DNA from: a virus
Lineage: Duplodnaviria > Caudoviricetes
Virus record (IMG/VR): IMGVR_UViG_3300049049_000055
Location: 1-39,352 of that record
Strand: one strand, 5' to 3'
DNA: 39,352 nt
The notes beneath the pieces were generated by a model. It made no database searches. It saw only the letters and a program-made list of their open reading frames with translations, and had not been told where the DNA came from. The stretch's first letter is position 1. Every line of letters begins with the position of its first letter. This document shows, in pieces, positions 1-8,419 of this stretch. Both the position numbers and the translations under genes were made by a program.

Positions 1-181
1 TTCTGTGGCCCTGGGTCTGGGGATTTTTGCCCCTGGCGGGCTGCTGGTGGCTTTGTGCAGGATTTTCAGGCGCTGGTTGGGGCGAGGTGCTTTTGCGCAT
101 TTTTCGCGGCTTCTCAGGGGTTCGCGCAAGACCCGGCCCAGTAATCATGCGGATTATCTGTGACACGCGGTACACTTGGGT

Positions 182-697
182 ATGACCAGTTGCGTTATCT
201 GTGGCCTCTCGTTGCTTACGCGGCGCGCTGGATCTCGTACGTGTTCGGCTAGGTGTCGTGCTCGCCTGAGTCGGCAGAAGCTTCCGGTTGAGTTGACTTC
301 TCGTAAGCGGTGGGTGCGTTGGGCTCCGGACAAGACGCCGTTGTCTGTGCACGGCGGTGCGGGGTCTTCTACGAATCCTGCGACGTGGGCAAGTTATGAG
401 GCGGCGCGGGCATCGTCTGTCGGCGTCGGTGTTGGGTTTGTTCTGAGCGGCGACGGTATCGGCTGTTACGACCTGGACCATTGCGCGGTCGACGGCGAGC
501 TCACGGAGGCCGCTCGAGAGTTCCTTGCGGGGCTGGACGCGTTCTACGTCGAGTGGTCGCCTTCTGGCGAGGGTGTGCATGCGTGGGTGTGGGCTGAGCC
601 CGGTCCCGGCTGGCGGCGAACGATCGATGGCTTGCATGTGGAGTTCTACACGCGGGGCCGGTACATGACTGTGACCGGTTCGCGCGTGTTGTTGTAG
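182..697 (+). CDS. Zn-finger plus NrS-1-like primase-polymerase (AEP) domain protein
   Basis: N-terminal CxxC...CSARC; WVRW..KTP, SSTNPATW, GVGFVL, DLDHC, EWSPSGEGVH, EFY..GRYMTVTG resemble the NrS-1-type primpol catalytic domain. ATG 182 lies 5 nt after a TACACT -10 box (171-176), so a leaderless start is preferred over TTG 176. Confidence 0.7.
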   Translation: MTSCVICGLSLLTRRAGSRTCSARCRARLSRQKLPVELTSRKRWVRWAPDKTPLSVHGGAGSSTNPATWASYEAARASSVGVGVGFVLSGDGIGCYDLDHCAVDGELTEAAREFLAGLDAFYVEWSPSGEGVHAWVWAEPGPGWRRTIDGLHVEFYTRGRYMTVTGSRVLL

Positions 698-702
698 GCG
701 TT

Positions 703-738
703 CCCGAAACGGGGCCGTTGTTGTCCCGAAACGGGAGG
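703..738 (+). promoter_or_regulatory. Two CCCGAAACGGG mini-hairpins upstream of terS, the second overlapping the RBS
   Basis: CCCGAAACGGG at 703-713 and 725-735; GGGAGG at 733-738; same motif at 6016-6026 before the scaffold gene. Confidence 0.5.
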
Positions 739-745
739 TTGTTTT

Positions 746-1228
746 ATGGCTGGTCGTGGCCCTGCGCCGAAGCCTGCCGATAAGCGGGCGGGGCATTCGA
801 AAGATCCCATTCCGCTGCGCATTGTGCAGGCTGTTGTTGCGGCTAAGCCGGAGCTCCCCGAGTTTGAGGTTGAGCGCACAAGCAAGATCAACGGCAACAC
901 CTACACGGAGATGGTTCCGTTTGAGTGGCCTGAACCGACTTTGGTGTGGTGGGCGATGCTCGATTCGCACCCGTTGTCCGCCGAGTTCACTGACATGGAC
1001 TGGTCGTACCTGCTCGACACGGCGATGCTGCATGCCGAGTTTTGGCGTGGCAACACGAAGCATGCTCCCGAGTTGCGGTTGCGAGAGGCGAAGTATGGCT
1101 TTACGCCCGAGGACCGGTTGCGGTTGCGTTTGCAGTTCGCACAGACGGATGAGGCCGAGTCGAAGGTTGTCACGCGGCGCGGTTCGCGTCAGCGGTTCCC
1201 GGTGGAAATATCTAGCGAACTGGGTTAG
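746..1228 (+). CDS. terS: terminase small subunit
   Basis: MAGRGPAPKP start, DWSYLLDTAMLH and ELRLREAKYGFTPEDRLRLR typical of actinophage TerS; strong RBS; position before terL. Confidence 0.85.
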   Translation: MAGRGPAPKPADKRAGHSKDPIPLRIVQAVVAAKPELPEFEVERTSKINGNTYTEMVPFEWPEPTLVWWAMLDSHPLSAEFTDMDWSYLLDTAMLHAEFWRGNTKHAPELRLREAKYGFTPEDRLRLRLQFAQTDEAESKVVTRRGSRQRFPVEISSELG

Positions 1229-1272
1229 CGCCCATTACAAATCCGAGCGACTAGGCTAGAGAAAACTTTAGA

Positions 1273-1326
1273 CCCCCGCGACTGCGTCAACAGTCCGGGG
1301 GCGTGACCAACTCGGATGAGGAGTTG
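1273..1326 (+). promoter_or_regulatory. Structured leader of the HNH gene with an RBS-sequestering hairpin
   Basis: CCCCCG-C-GACTG/CAGTC-CGGGGG hairpin (1273-1301), then CAACTC(1308-1313)/GAGTTG(1321-1326) stem covering SD GAGGAG (1318-1323). Confidence 0.55.
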
Positions 1327-1328
1327 AT

Positions 1329-1925
1329 GTGACCCAGCGTACATGCAAGGCGTGCCCCAGCGACATAAGCCACAGGCACGCGCAGACGGTCTACTGCAGC
1401 CAAGCCTGCCGAAGCTGGTTCGACCGGCACGGCACTCCGAGGACACGCGAGTTCCCGAACTGCCTCGAGTGCGGCAAGAGCCTTCTGCACCGCATGATCT
1501 CAGCCCGCTACTGCACCGTGCTCTGCAAGACCCGCGCGGTGGAGAAAAGACGTGAACGCGACGATGCGGCGCGGTACTTGCGCGAGAGAGAGCATCGGAT
1601 CGCCTACGCGACGCGATACGCGAAAGAAAACCCTCACGTCGGGCAGGCCACGAAGCGCAAGCGCCGTGCGGCGCAGGCGGGTGCGGGATCACACCAGTTC
1701 ACTTCTGCTGATTGGCTGCGACTTCAACGGCGTCACAACTTCTGTTGTGTGTACTGCGGAGAGCGCCGCCGCCTGACTATGGACCATGTTGTTCCGCTTG
1801 TCAGAGGCGGAACCCACTCGATCGGCAACATACTTCCGGCCTGCATGTCCTGCAATTGCAGGAAGCAGGGCCGGTTCGTCATGGAATGGAAGCTCAATAG
1901 GAGCCGGAAGATTGGGTGGAGGTGA
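1329..1925 (+). CDS. HNH endonuclease with N-terminal Zn-finger repeats (likely homing endonuclease)
   Basis: Two CxxC...YCSxxC-type repeats, then CVYCG...TMDHVVPLVRGGTHSIGNILPACMSCNCRK; inserted between terS and terL. Confidence 0.9.
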   Translation: MTQRTCKACPSDISHRHAQTVYCSQACRSWFDRHGTPRTREFPNCLECGKSLLHRMISARYCTVLCKTRAVEKRRERDDAARYLREREHRIAYATRYAKENPHVGQATKRKRRAAQAGAGSHQFTSADWLRLQRRHNFCCVYCGERRRLTMDHVVPLVRGGTHSIGNILPACMSCNCRKQGRFVMEWKLNRSRKIGWR

Positions 1926-1931
1926 GCCACT

Positions 1932-2153
1932 ATCCCTTGGAAGCCAAACGGTGATCCGTTTCCTTCGCTTGGTTGGGACATTGCAGATTGGATGTCCGCA
2001 AACCTTGCATCGCCTGATAGCGATGAAGCGCAGCCGTTTGAAGTCACGCGAGAGCAGTTGGAGTTTCTTGTTCGTCTTTACGAACTGGACCCGAGCACTG
2101 GTCAGCGAGTGAAGCATCGTGCGGTGCTTCAGCGTCCAAGAGGATGGGGTTAG
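1932..2153 (+). CDS. terL: terminase large subunit, 5' segment (absent from ORF track; probable AUC start; ends at TAG inside Walker A)
   Basis: Manual translation: (I/M)PWKPNGDPFPSLGWDIADWMSANLASPDSDEAQPFEVTREQLEFLVRLYELDPSTGQRVKHRAVLQRPRGWG*. This is a typical actinophage TerL N-terminus; SD GGAGGTGA at 1918-1925. Confidence 0.85.
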   Translation: MPWKPNGDPFPSLGWDIADWMSANLASPDSDEAQPFEVTREQLEFLVRLYELDPSTGQRVKHRAVLQRPRGWG

Positions 2154-3595
2154 GTAAGTCTCCGTTCCTCGCCGCGATTGCTTGCGCCGAGGCGCTCGCC
2201 CCCGTGCTGTTTGACGGCTGGGACGCCTCGGGGCAGCCGGTGGGTCGTGAGTGGTCTACGCAGATGACGCCGCTTGTTTTGGTGACTGCTGTGACTGAGG
2301 AGCAGACGGCGAATACGTGGTCGCCGCTTCTTGAGATGTTGCGGAACGGCCCGGTGGTGGATAACTACCGGATCGATCCGATGGATACGTTTGTGGCGCT
2401 CGAGCGGGGTCGGATTGAGTCGCGTACGAGTTCGGCTCGGTCGGCTAAGGGTGCGCGTGCTGTGTGCGCGATCATGGACCAGACGGAGGAGTGGGTTGCC
2501 GGTAACGGTGGCGTCCGGTTTGCTCAGGTGTTGCGGAACAATGCGACGAAGATCGGTGGGGTGACGATTGAGTCACCTAACGCGTTCACGCCGGGTGAGA
2601 ATTCGGTGGCTGAGCAGTCTGCGGTGTTCTGGGAGCAGATCAAGTCGGGTGAGTTCGCGAAGCTGACGGAGACGCGTTCTCTGCTGTATTCGCATCGTGA
2701 AGCGCCGGCCGATACGGACCCTGCCGACTATGAGTCGCTGGTTGCGGGCCTTCGGGTGGCTTATGGGGATTCGTCGGACCACCCTGACGGGTGCGTGTTG
2801 CACGATCCGCCGTGTCCGCCTGGCTGGTCGCCGATCGCGCGTATCGCGTCGGACTTCTATGACACGTCGAACGACCCTCAGGTGATGCGGTCGGACTTCC
2901 TGAACCAGATCACGCATGCTGCGGATTCGTGGCTGTCCCAGCCCGAGCTGAGGGCGATTGAGAAGCCCGACGAGGTTGTTTCGAAGACCGACGCGGTTGT
3001 CCTCGGCTTCGACGGCTCGCGGGGTCGGTCGAAGTCGAAGCCGGACGCGACTGCCCTTGTCGGATGTCGGGTGTCTGACGGTCACCTGTTCTCGTTAGGT
3101 GTCTGGGAGCCCCCGGATGGGCCTGGTGAGGCGTCGTGGGTGTTGCCTGAGCTTGAGGTTGAGCAGGCCGTCAAGGAAGCGTTCGAGAGGTACCGCGTTG
3201 TGGGGTTCTATGCGGATCCGGCGATGTGGGAGGGCCGTGTCGCGGCGTGGGGTGCGAAATACCTTCGTCAGCTCAAGGTGAAGGCGTCGCAGGATAACCC
3301 GGTCGCTTTCAACACGCGTGCGATCTCGAAGGTGGTGCAGGGCTTTGACGCTTTGCATTCGGCGATTGTGAACGGTGAGGCGTCTTATGACGGGAACCGT
3401 GCACTCACCCGACACTTCTTGAACGCGCGGCGGCAGAAGGTTCGCTCGGGCATTGTCCTACGCAAACCGAACAACGACTATCTGGCGAAGATTGATGCCG
3501 CGTATGCGGCGATGCTCGCTTACACATGTCGCCTTGATGCCCTGGGTAAGGGTTTTGGGGCTAGTAATTCACAACGTCCGAGGCGGATCTACTAG
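2144..3595 (+). CDS. terL: terminase large subunit, 3' segment (rest of ATPase plus nuclease); homologous sequence resumes at 2156
   Basis: Begins GKSPFLAAIACAEAL; Walker B-like AIMDQTEEW; nuclease LGFDGSRG..DATALVG and KIDAAYA; followed by portal. Confidence 0.92.
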   Translation: MGLGKSPFLAAIACAEALAPVLFDGWDASGQPVGREWSTQMTPLVLVTAVTEEQTANTWSPLLEMLRNGPVVDNYRIDPMDTFVALERGRIESRTSSARSAKGARAVCAIMDQTEEWVAGNGGVRFAQVLRNNATKIGGVTIESPNAFTPGENSVAEQSAVFWEQIKSGEFAKLTETRSLLYSHREAPADTDPADYESLVAGLRVAYGDSSDHPDGCVLHDPPCPPGWSPIARIASDFYDTSNDPQVMRSDFLNQITHAADSWLSQPELRAIEKPDEVVSKTDAVVLGFDGSRGRSKSKPDATALVGCRVSDGHLFSLGVWEPPDGPGEASWVLPELEVEQAVKEAFERYRVVGFYADPAMWEGRVAAWGAKYLRQLKVKASQDNPVAFNTRAISKVVQGFDALHSAIVNGEASYDGNRALTRHFLNARRQKVRSGIVLRKPNNDYLAKIDAAYAAMLAYTCRLDALGKGFGASNSQRPRRIY

Positions 3596-3604
3596 GGGGA
3601 CCAC

Positions 3605-5005
3605 ATGGGTGCACCGGTGACGCCTGAGGACTGGCTGCCCGTGTTGACGAAGCGACTTGATGATCGTCGTCCGCGTATTGACCGGCTGCGGTCGTATGTG
3701 AATGGTGAGGCTCCTTTGCCGGAGGCTGGCGCGAATGTGCGTGCGGCGTGGCAGGAGTTTCAGGCGAAGGCGCGCACGAACTTTGGCGCGCTTGTGATTG
3801 ACGCATTGTCTGAGCGCATCGTCGTCAACGGTGTCATGGTGGGTTCGTCAAGCTCGGACGATGATCGTGTTCGTCGGATTTGGCGTGAGAACCGTTTGGA
3901 CATTGCGTTCGCGGACGCCATTCGTGACGCACTCACTGTGTCAATCGGCTACATGGTGTTGGGGCGTTCGGCTTTGGGCCGTCCGGTGATTACGGCGGAG
4001 CAGCCGGAGTTCATGTATGCGGCGACTGATCCGTTGCGGCCGTGGATTGCGCGTGCGGCGGTGAAGGTGTGGCGTGATGTTGACGCTGAGATGGACTACG
4101 CGTACGTGTGGGCGAACGGCGAGAAGGTCAAGTACGAGCGGCCCGCGTGGGTTACGCCGGAGGACACTTCTAACAAGCCGCGTCTGCGGACTGGCGCACA
4201 GTACGGCTGGAAGCTTGTTGAGGGCTCAGTCGAGCAGTACACGGGCGACGTTCCCGTGGTCGTGTTCGAGAACCACGATGGCATGGGCGAGTTCGAGCCG
4301 CACACGGACATTCTTGACCGGATCAACAAGGGCAACCTTGACCGTCTGGTGACGATGGCGATGCAGGCGTTCCGTCAGCGGGCCGTGAAGGGTGGTCTGC
4401 CTGCGGTTGACGAGAACCAGCAGCCCATCGACTACGCGGCCGTGTTCACGCCCTCGCCGGGAGCCCTGTGGGATCTGCCCGCTGGCATTGACCTGTGGGA
4501 GTCGCAGGAGTCGTCCCAGTCGATCCTTGCCATGTTGCAGTCGAACAAGGACGACATTCGCGACTTCGCCGCCGTCACTCGTACTCCGCTTGCCATGTTG
4601 GTGCCTGAGGGCGCGAACCAGTCGGCGGCGGGGTCGGAGTTCGCCAAGGAGGGTCTTGTGATGAAGGCGAAGGACCGCATCGCACGGTTCAAGCCGTCAC
4701 TGGACGAGCTCCTCGAGCGGGCGTTGCGGGTCGAGCAGCCGGACTTTGAAGACATTGTGGAGTCGGCGTTTGCTGACCCGACGAACGTGTCGACTTCGGA
4801 GAAGTATGACGCGGCGGTGAAGGCGAAGTCGGCTGATGTGCCGTTCCGTACGATCATGACCCGCATTTTGGGGTTCACGGCGGATGAGGTTGACCGTATG
4901 GAGGTTGAGCGGGCTGCGGAGCAGGTGACTATTGAGGCGTTGCTTGCGTCTCAGCCGGCCCCGCGTGAGACGCCCGTGCCGGTGACTGTCGATGCCGTCG
5001 CCTGA
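3605..5005 (+). CDS. portal protein (SPP1 gp6-like)
   Basis: 466 aa after terL; RTNFGALVIDAL, GEFEPHTDILDRIN, MQAFRQRAVKG motifs. Confidence 0.9.
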   Translation: MGAPVTPEDWLPVLTKRLDDRRPRIDRLRSYVNGEAPLPEAGANVRAAWQEFQAKARTNFGALVIDALSERIVVNGVMVGSSSSDDDRVRRIWRENRLDIAFADAIRDALTVSIGYMVLGRSALGRPVITAEQPEFMYAATDPLRPWIARAAVKVWRDVDAEMDYAYVWANGEKVKYERPAWVTPEDTSNKPRLRTGAQYGWKLVEGSVEQYTGDVPVVVFENHDGMGEFEPHTDILDRINKGNLDRLVTMAMQAFRQRAVKGGLPAVDENQQPIDYAAVFTPSPGALWDLPAGIDLWESQESSQSILAMLQSNKDDIRDFAAVTRTPLAMLVPEGANQSAAGSEFAKEGLVMKAKDRIARFKPSLDELLERALRVEQPDFEDIVESAFADPTNVSTSEKYDAAVKAKSADVPFRTIMTRILGFTADEVDRMEVERAAEQVTIEALLASQPAPRETPVPVTVDAVA

Positions 5006-5828
5006 TGAGTTCGTCGCCGGCTACCTGATCGCTGCGGAGCGTTTGCAGAATGACGCGGTGAATGCTGCGGTTCGTTCGTGGCGGGCGTTGGGCCAGTATC
5101 GGGATGAGGATGTGGCCCGGTTCAAGAGGCTGGTTGTGCCGGTGATTCAGGCGCAGCAGTCGAAGATGGCGGCGTTGACGGCGGCGTTCCATTCGCAGGT
5201 CGGCAAGGAGCGTGGCGATGACGTTCCGATGGTTCTGCTGGAACGTCAGGCTGTTGCGGAGCCTCGCGGTGTGCCTGCTGATGTGGTTTATCAGCGGCCT
5301 GCGGCAACGATTTACGCGGAGCTCGCGGCAGGTGGCACGTTCTCGTCTGCGGTGAGCAAGTCGGAGAACCGGTTGCGGCAGATCGTGTCGACGGACATGC
5401 AGCTTGTGAAGACGCGGCAGTCGGATCGTTCGTTGTCTGCGGGTGGCTTCGTCTACTACCGGCGCACGTTGACTGGTACGGAGGATTGCGCGTTGTGCGT
5501 GATCGCTTCGACGCAGCGCTACCGGGTCGGAACGTTGATGCCGATCCATCCTGGTTGTAACTGCGGCGTGGACAAGGTGGAGTCTGATTGGGAGCCGCCG
5601 CAGGTGCTCGACCCGGAGTTGTTGGATGACACTCACGGGAAGATCAGCCGCGAGCTCGGCCTCACCGATTCGGGCGCTCGGGACTTGGGCGGGGGGAAGA
5701 CGGTTCAGTACAAGGACGGTCTGCGCCAAGCCGATTTCACGGAACTCATCGTCACTCGTGAACACGGGGAGATTGGGCCGTCGCTTGTGTGGCGGTCGGA
5801 CAAGTTCACCGGCCCCTCCGCCTTGTAG
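4992..5828 (+). CDS. minor head protein (MuF-like / capsid maturation protein)
   Basis: Between portal and scaffold; YRRTLTG.EDCALC..ASTQRY...LMPIHPGCNCGV Cys/His motif. Confidence 0.75.
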   Translation: MPSPDEFVAGYLIAAERLQNDAVNAAVRSWRALGQYRDEDVARFKRLVVPVIQAQQSKMAALTAAFHSQVGKERGDDVPMVLLERQAVAEPRGVPADVVYQRPAATIYAELAAGGTFSSAVSKSENRLRQIVSTDMQLVKTRQSDRSLSAGGFVYYRRTLTGTEDCALCVIASTQRYRVGTLMPIHPGCNCGVDKVESDWEPPQVLDPELLDDTHGKISRELGLTDSGARDLGGGKTVQYKDGLRQADFTELIVTREHGEIGPSLVWRSDKFTGPSAL

Positions 5829-5982
5829 AACAGACGTTCGATAGCGCCCCCTGAAATGTGGGGGGATACCGGAGGGTCACCCGGCCCTGTTGTCGCCTCA
5901 GATCGGCGCACAGCGCCGCGCACGACACCTTTACGCGCTTCACTCGAACGCGCGTTCGAAACTTCCCGCAACCTGCGGGATC

Positions 5983-6011
5983 AAGCCTCACCGAAACGGT
6001 GGGGCTTTTTT
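5983..6011 (+). terminator. intrinsic terminator upstream of the scaffold gene
   Basis: AAGCCTCACC-GAAAC-GGTGGGGCTT followed by a T6 run. Confidence 0.7.
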
Positions 6012-6036
6012 CATACCCGAAACGGGAGACCACGTT

Positions 6037-6579
6037 ATGCCTGACAACCCCGAGATTGAGCAGCCGGCCGAAACGGTCGACGCACCTGTCGAGGAAACCA
6101 CCCCCGATCTCTCCTCCGAGTTGGAGAAGTGGAAGTCCCTCGCGCGCAAGAACGAACAGCGCGCCAAGGAGAACGCCGCGGCCGCTCAGCGGCTTGCAGA
6201 GATTGAGGACGCCAACAAGTCCGAGCTCGAGAAGTTGTCCGAGCGGGCCGCTGCAGCTGAGGCGCGCGCCGCACAGATCGAGCTTGCCGCAACCCGAAAC
6301 GAGATCGCTCTCGAGAAGGGTCTTACACCGTCGCAGGCGAAACGCCTGGTTGGTGCGACCCGTGAGGAGTTGTCGGCGGATGCGGACGAGTTGCTTGCCG
6401 ATTTGAAGGTTTCGAAGCCTTCGACTGCTCCGTCTTCGGATGCGCAGGGCAAGCAGGGCGAGCCGGTGGGTCAGGTGAAGCAGATCACATCCCGTGACCA
6501 GCTCAAGCAGATGACGCCTGAACAGATCGTGCAGGCGAAGAACGAAGGCCGTCTTGACGCGCTCATGAACGGCAACTAA
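6037..6579 (+). CDS. capsid scaffolding protein
   Basis: Acidic coiled-coil protein (EKWKSLARKNEQRAKEN, L.GATREEL.ADADELL) directly before the major capsid gene; ATG 6037 after GGGAG. Confidence 0.85.
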   Translation: MPDNPEIEQPAETVDAPVEETTPDLSSELEKWKSLARKNEQRAKENAAAAQRLAEIEDANKSELEKLSERAAAAEARAAQIELAATRNEIALEKGLTPSQAKRLVGATREELSADADELLADLKVSKPSTAPSSDAQGKQGEPVGQVKQITSRDQLKQMTPEQIVQAKNEGRLDALMNGN

Positions 6580-6600
6580 CCCACCGAAAGGACAGCAATC

Positions 6601-7461
6601 ATGGCTGTTACCAACTTCATTCCCGACATTTGGTCGGCGCAGATTCTCGTTGCCCTTCGCAAGAAGGCTGTTGCGGGTGCGCTCGTCAACCGCGACTACC
6701 AGGGCGACATCACCCGCATGGGTGACTCCGTCAAGATCACGTCGGTCAACGACGTTGCGATCGGCAACTACACCGCCCACACGGACATCACGTGGGAGGA
6801 GATTGACGACGCGACTCGTACGCTCCTCATCGATCAGGCGAAGTACTTCGCGTTCGAGCTGGACGACATTGAGGCGGCTCAGGCTGTCAACGGTGGCGCG
6901 ATCATGAACCAGGCCATCGACAACGCGACCTACCAGTTGCGTGACGTGTCCGACGCGTTCCTCCTGTCGACCATGAACACGGCCGTGCAGGGTGGCGCGA
7001 ACGACCTTGGCACGGTTGCCATTCACACCACGGGCCAGAACCTGTACGACGCGTTCGTTGACCTTGCGGTGACGCTCGATGTTGACAACGTGCCGGAGGA
7101 GGGCCGCTTCGCGGTTGTCTCGCCGTCGCTCCACGGTCGCCTGCTCAAGCTGGACACGTTCGTCACTCCTGGTGACGAGGCTGGCCCCGCCGCTCGTACG
7201 AACGGATTCATCGGTTCGATCGCGGGCCTGTCGCTGTACAAGTCGAACAACCTGCCCGCCGTCACGGACGCTGCCGCCACTGGCGGTATCGCGATTGCCG
7301 GCCACTCGAGCGCGGTTACGTTCGCCGAGCAGATCACGTCGGTTGAGGCTGTTCGTCGCGAGAACCGTTTCGCGGATGGCGTGAAGGGTCTGCACCTGTA
7401 CGGCGCTTCGGCTGTTCGCCCGACCGCCCTTGCTGTGGTCGAGTTCGACGCCACGGTCTAA
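6601..7461 (+). CDS. major capsid protein
   Basis: NFIPDIWSAQIL, NRDYQGDI..MGDSVKI, IDQAKYFAF.LDDIE, FADGVKGLHLYGA; strongly biased codon usage. Confidence 0.92.
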   Translation: MAVTNFIPDIWSAQILVALRKKAVAGALVNRDYQGDITRMGDSVKITSVNDVAIGNYTAHTDITWEEIDDATRTLLIDQAKYFAFELDDIEAAQAVNGGAIMNQAIDNATYQLRDVSDAFLLSTMNTAVQGGANDLGTVAIHTTGQNLYDAFVDLAVTLDVDNVPEEGRFAVVSPSLHGRLLKLDTFVTPGDEAGPAARTNGFIGSIAGLSLYKSNNLPAVTDAAATGGIAIAGHSSAVTFAEQITSVEAVRRENRFADGVKGLHLYGASAVRPTALAVVEFDATV

Positions 7462-7468
7462 CCCTTCT

Positions 7469-7497
7469 GGCGGGGTGCCTCACAAGGGCACCCCGCC
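7469..7497 (+). terminator. GC-rich hairpin after major capsid gene (terminator or mRNA stabiliser)
   Basis: GGCGGGGTGCC-N7-GGCACCCCGCC perfect 11-bp stem; no U-tract. Confidence 0.55.
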
Positions 7498-7526
7498 TCC
7501 CCAACTTCACAACGTAGGAGGTTCCC

Positions 7527-8081
7527 TTGTTGGCGAATCTTGCAACTCAGGCTGACGCAACCGCCTACGGGTACGGGACCATCGCCGCCGCGATGTTCGC
7601 CCGAGCATCCGCCCGCGTGCGCGGCTACATCCGTCAGGACATTACAGCGGGCACGTCAACCATCACGGTTCGTGGGCCGGTTGTGCTTCTGCCGCAGCGT
7701 CCGGTGACCGAGGTCACTTCGATTGTCGACAACGACACCGACCCGGACAACCCTTACACGCTCGAGGCCGATGAGTGGCGTTTGCGCAATGGTGGCTTCC
7801 TCGAGACGCCCAAGTTTGGCGGGAACCTCGAAGTCACTTACTCGCATGGGTACGCGACTCTTCCCGACGAACTGATCGAGCTTGTTTGCGGTGTCGCCGC
7901 GCGTCTTTCCGAAGTGAACCCTGCCGCTGCTGCGGGTGTGCAGCAGGAAACGGGGGGCTCTGAGTCGGTGACGTATGGGTTCGACTCGTACAACGCCATT
8001 TCGGAGCTTTCCACGGGTGAGAAGCGGGTTCTTGACCGCCTGTTCCCGAAGCGGGGCAACGTGGTGGTGTTGCGCCCGTGA
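7527..8081 (+). CDS. head-to-tail adaptor
   Basis: Follows MCP; ASARVRGY, LPQRPV.EV, VTYSHGY..LPDEL, ESVTY motifs. Confidence 0.8.
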   Translation: MLANLATQADATAYGYGTIAAAMFARASARVRGYIRQDITAGTSTITVRGPVVLLPQRPVTEVTSIVDNDTDPDNPYTLEADEWRLRNGGFLETPKFGGNLEVTYSHGYATLPDELIELVCGVAARLSEVNPAAAAGVQQETGGSESVTYGFDSYNAISELSTGEKRVLDRLFPKRGNVVVLRP

Positions 8082-8419
8082 GGAGCTTCTACACGGACAC
8101 GGTGACACGTCTGCGTCCACAGCTAGTTTCGGATGCGCACAACCCGGACCCGGAACCCGACTGGACGGTTGAGCCTGTTGAGGTTGACCTGACCGGGTGC
8201 CGGTTCCAGCCGATCTCATCTACCGAAGAGCTCAACCTGCGTGACGGGGTGGAAGTGAACGCGCGCTTGCTTGGACCCGTCAGCATCGACCTTGCCAAGT
8301 CTGACCGGATCAGGTTCGACGGCGACACGTTCGAGGTTGTCGGTGAGCCGTTGGCGATGCGCGGCCCGTACGGGAACACCGCCCACTCGGAGACGATGTT
8401 GAGGCGCTTCGATGGCTAA
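8078..8419 (+). CDS. head-to-tail stopper
   Basis: Size, synteny and DRIRFDGDTFEVVGEP motif. Confidence 0.75.
   Translation: MRSFYTDTVTRLRPQLVSDAHNPDPEPDWTVEPVEVDLTGCRFQPISSTEELNLRDGVEVNARLLGPVSIDLAKSDRIRFDGDTFEVVGEPLAMRGPYGNTAHSETMLRRFDG

Noticed and set aside
2144-2160. Group I intron, intein or amber recoding as the cause of the terL break
   Set aside because: The extra sequence is only 5 nt and the frame changes, so simple read-through cannot work. TAG is a normal stop elsewhere (terS, terL end) and no CUA-anticodon tRNA is present.
5806-7395. 529-aa minus-strand ORF and other long antisense ORFs (4929-5765, 9179-9997, 12841-13752)
   Set aside because: Shadows of strongly biased high-GC coding on the + strand; no recognisable motifs.
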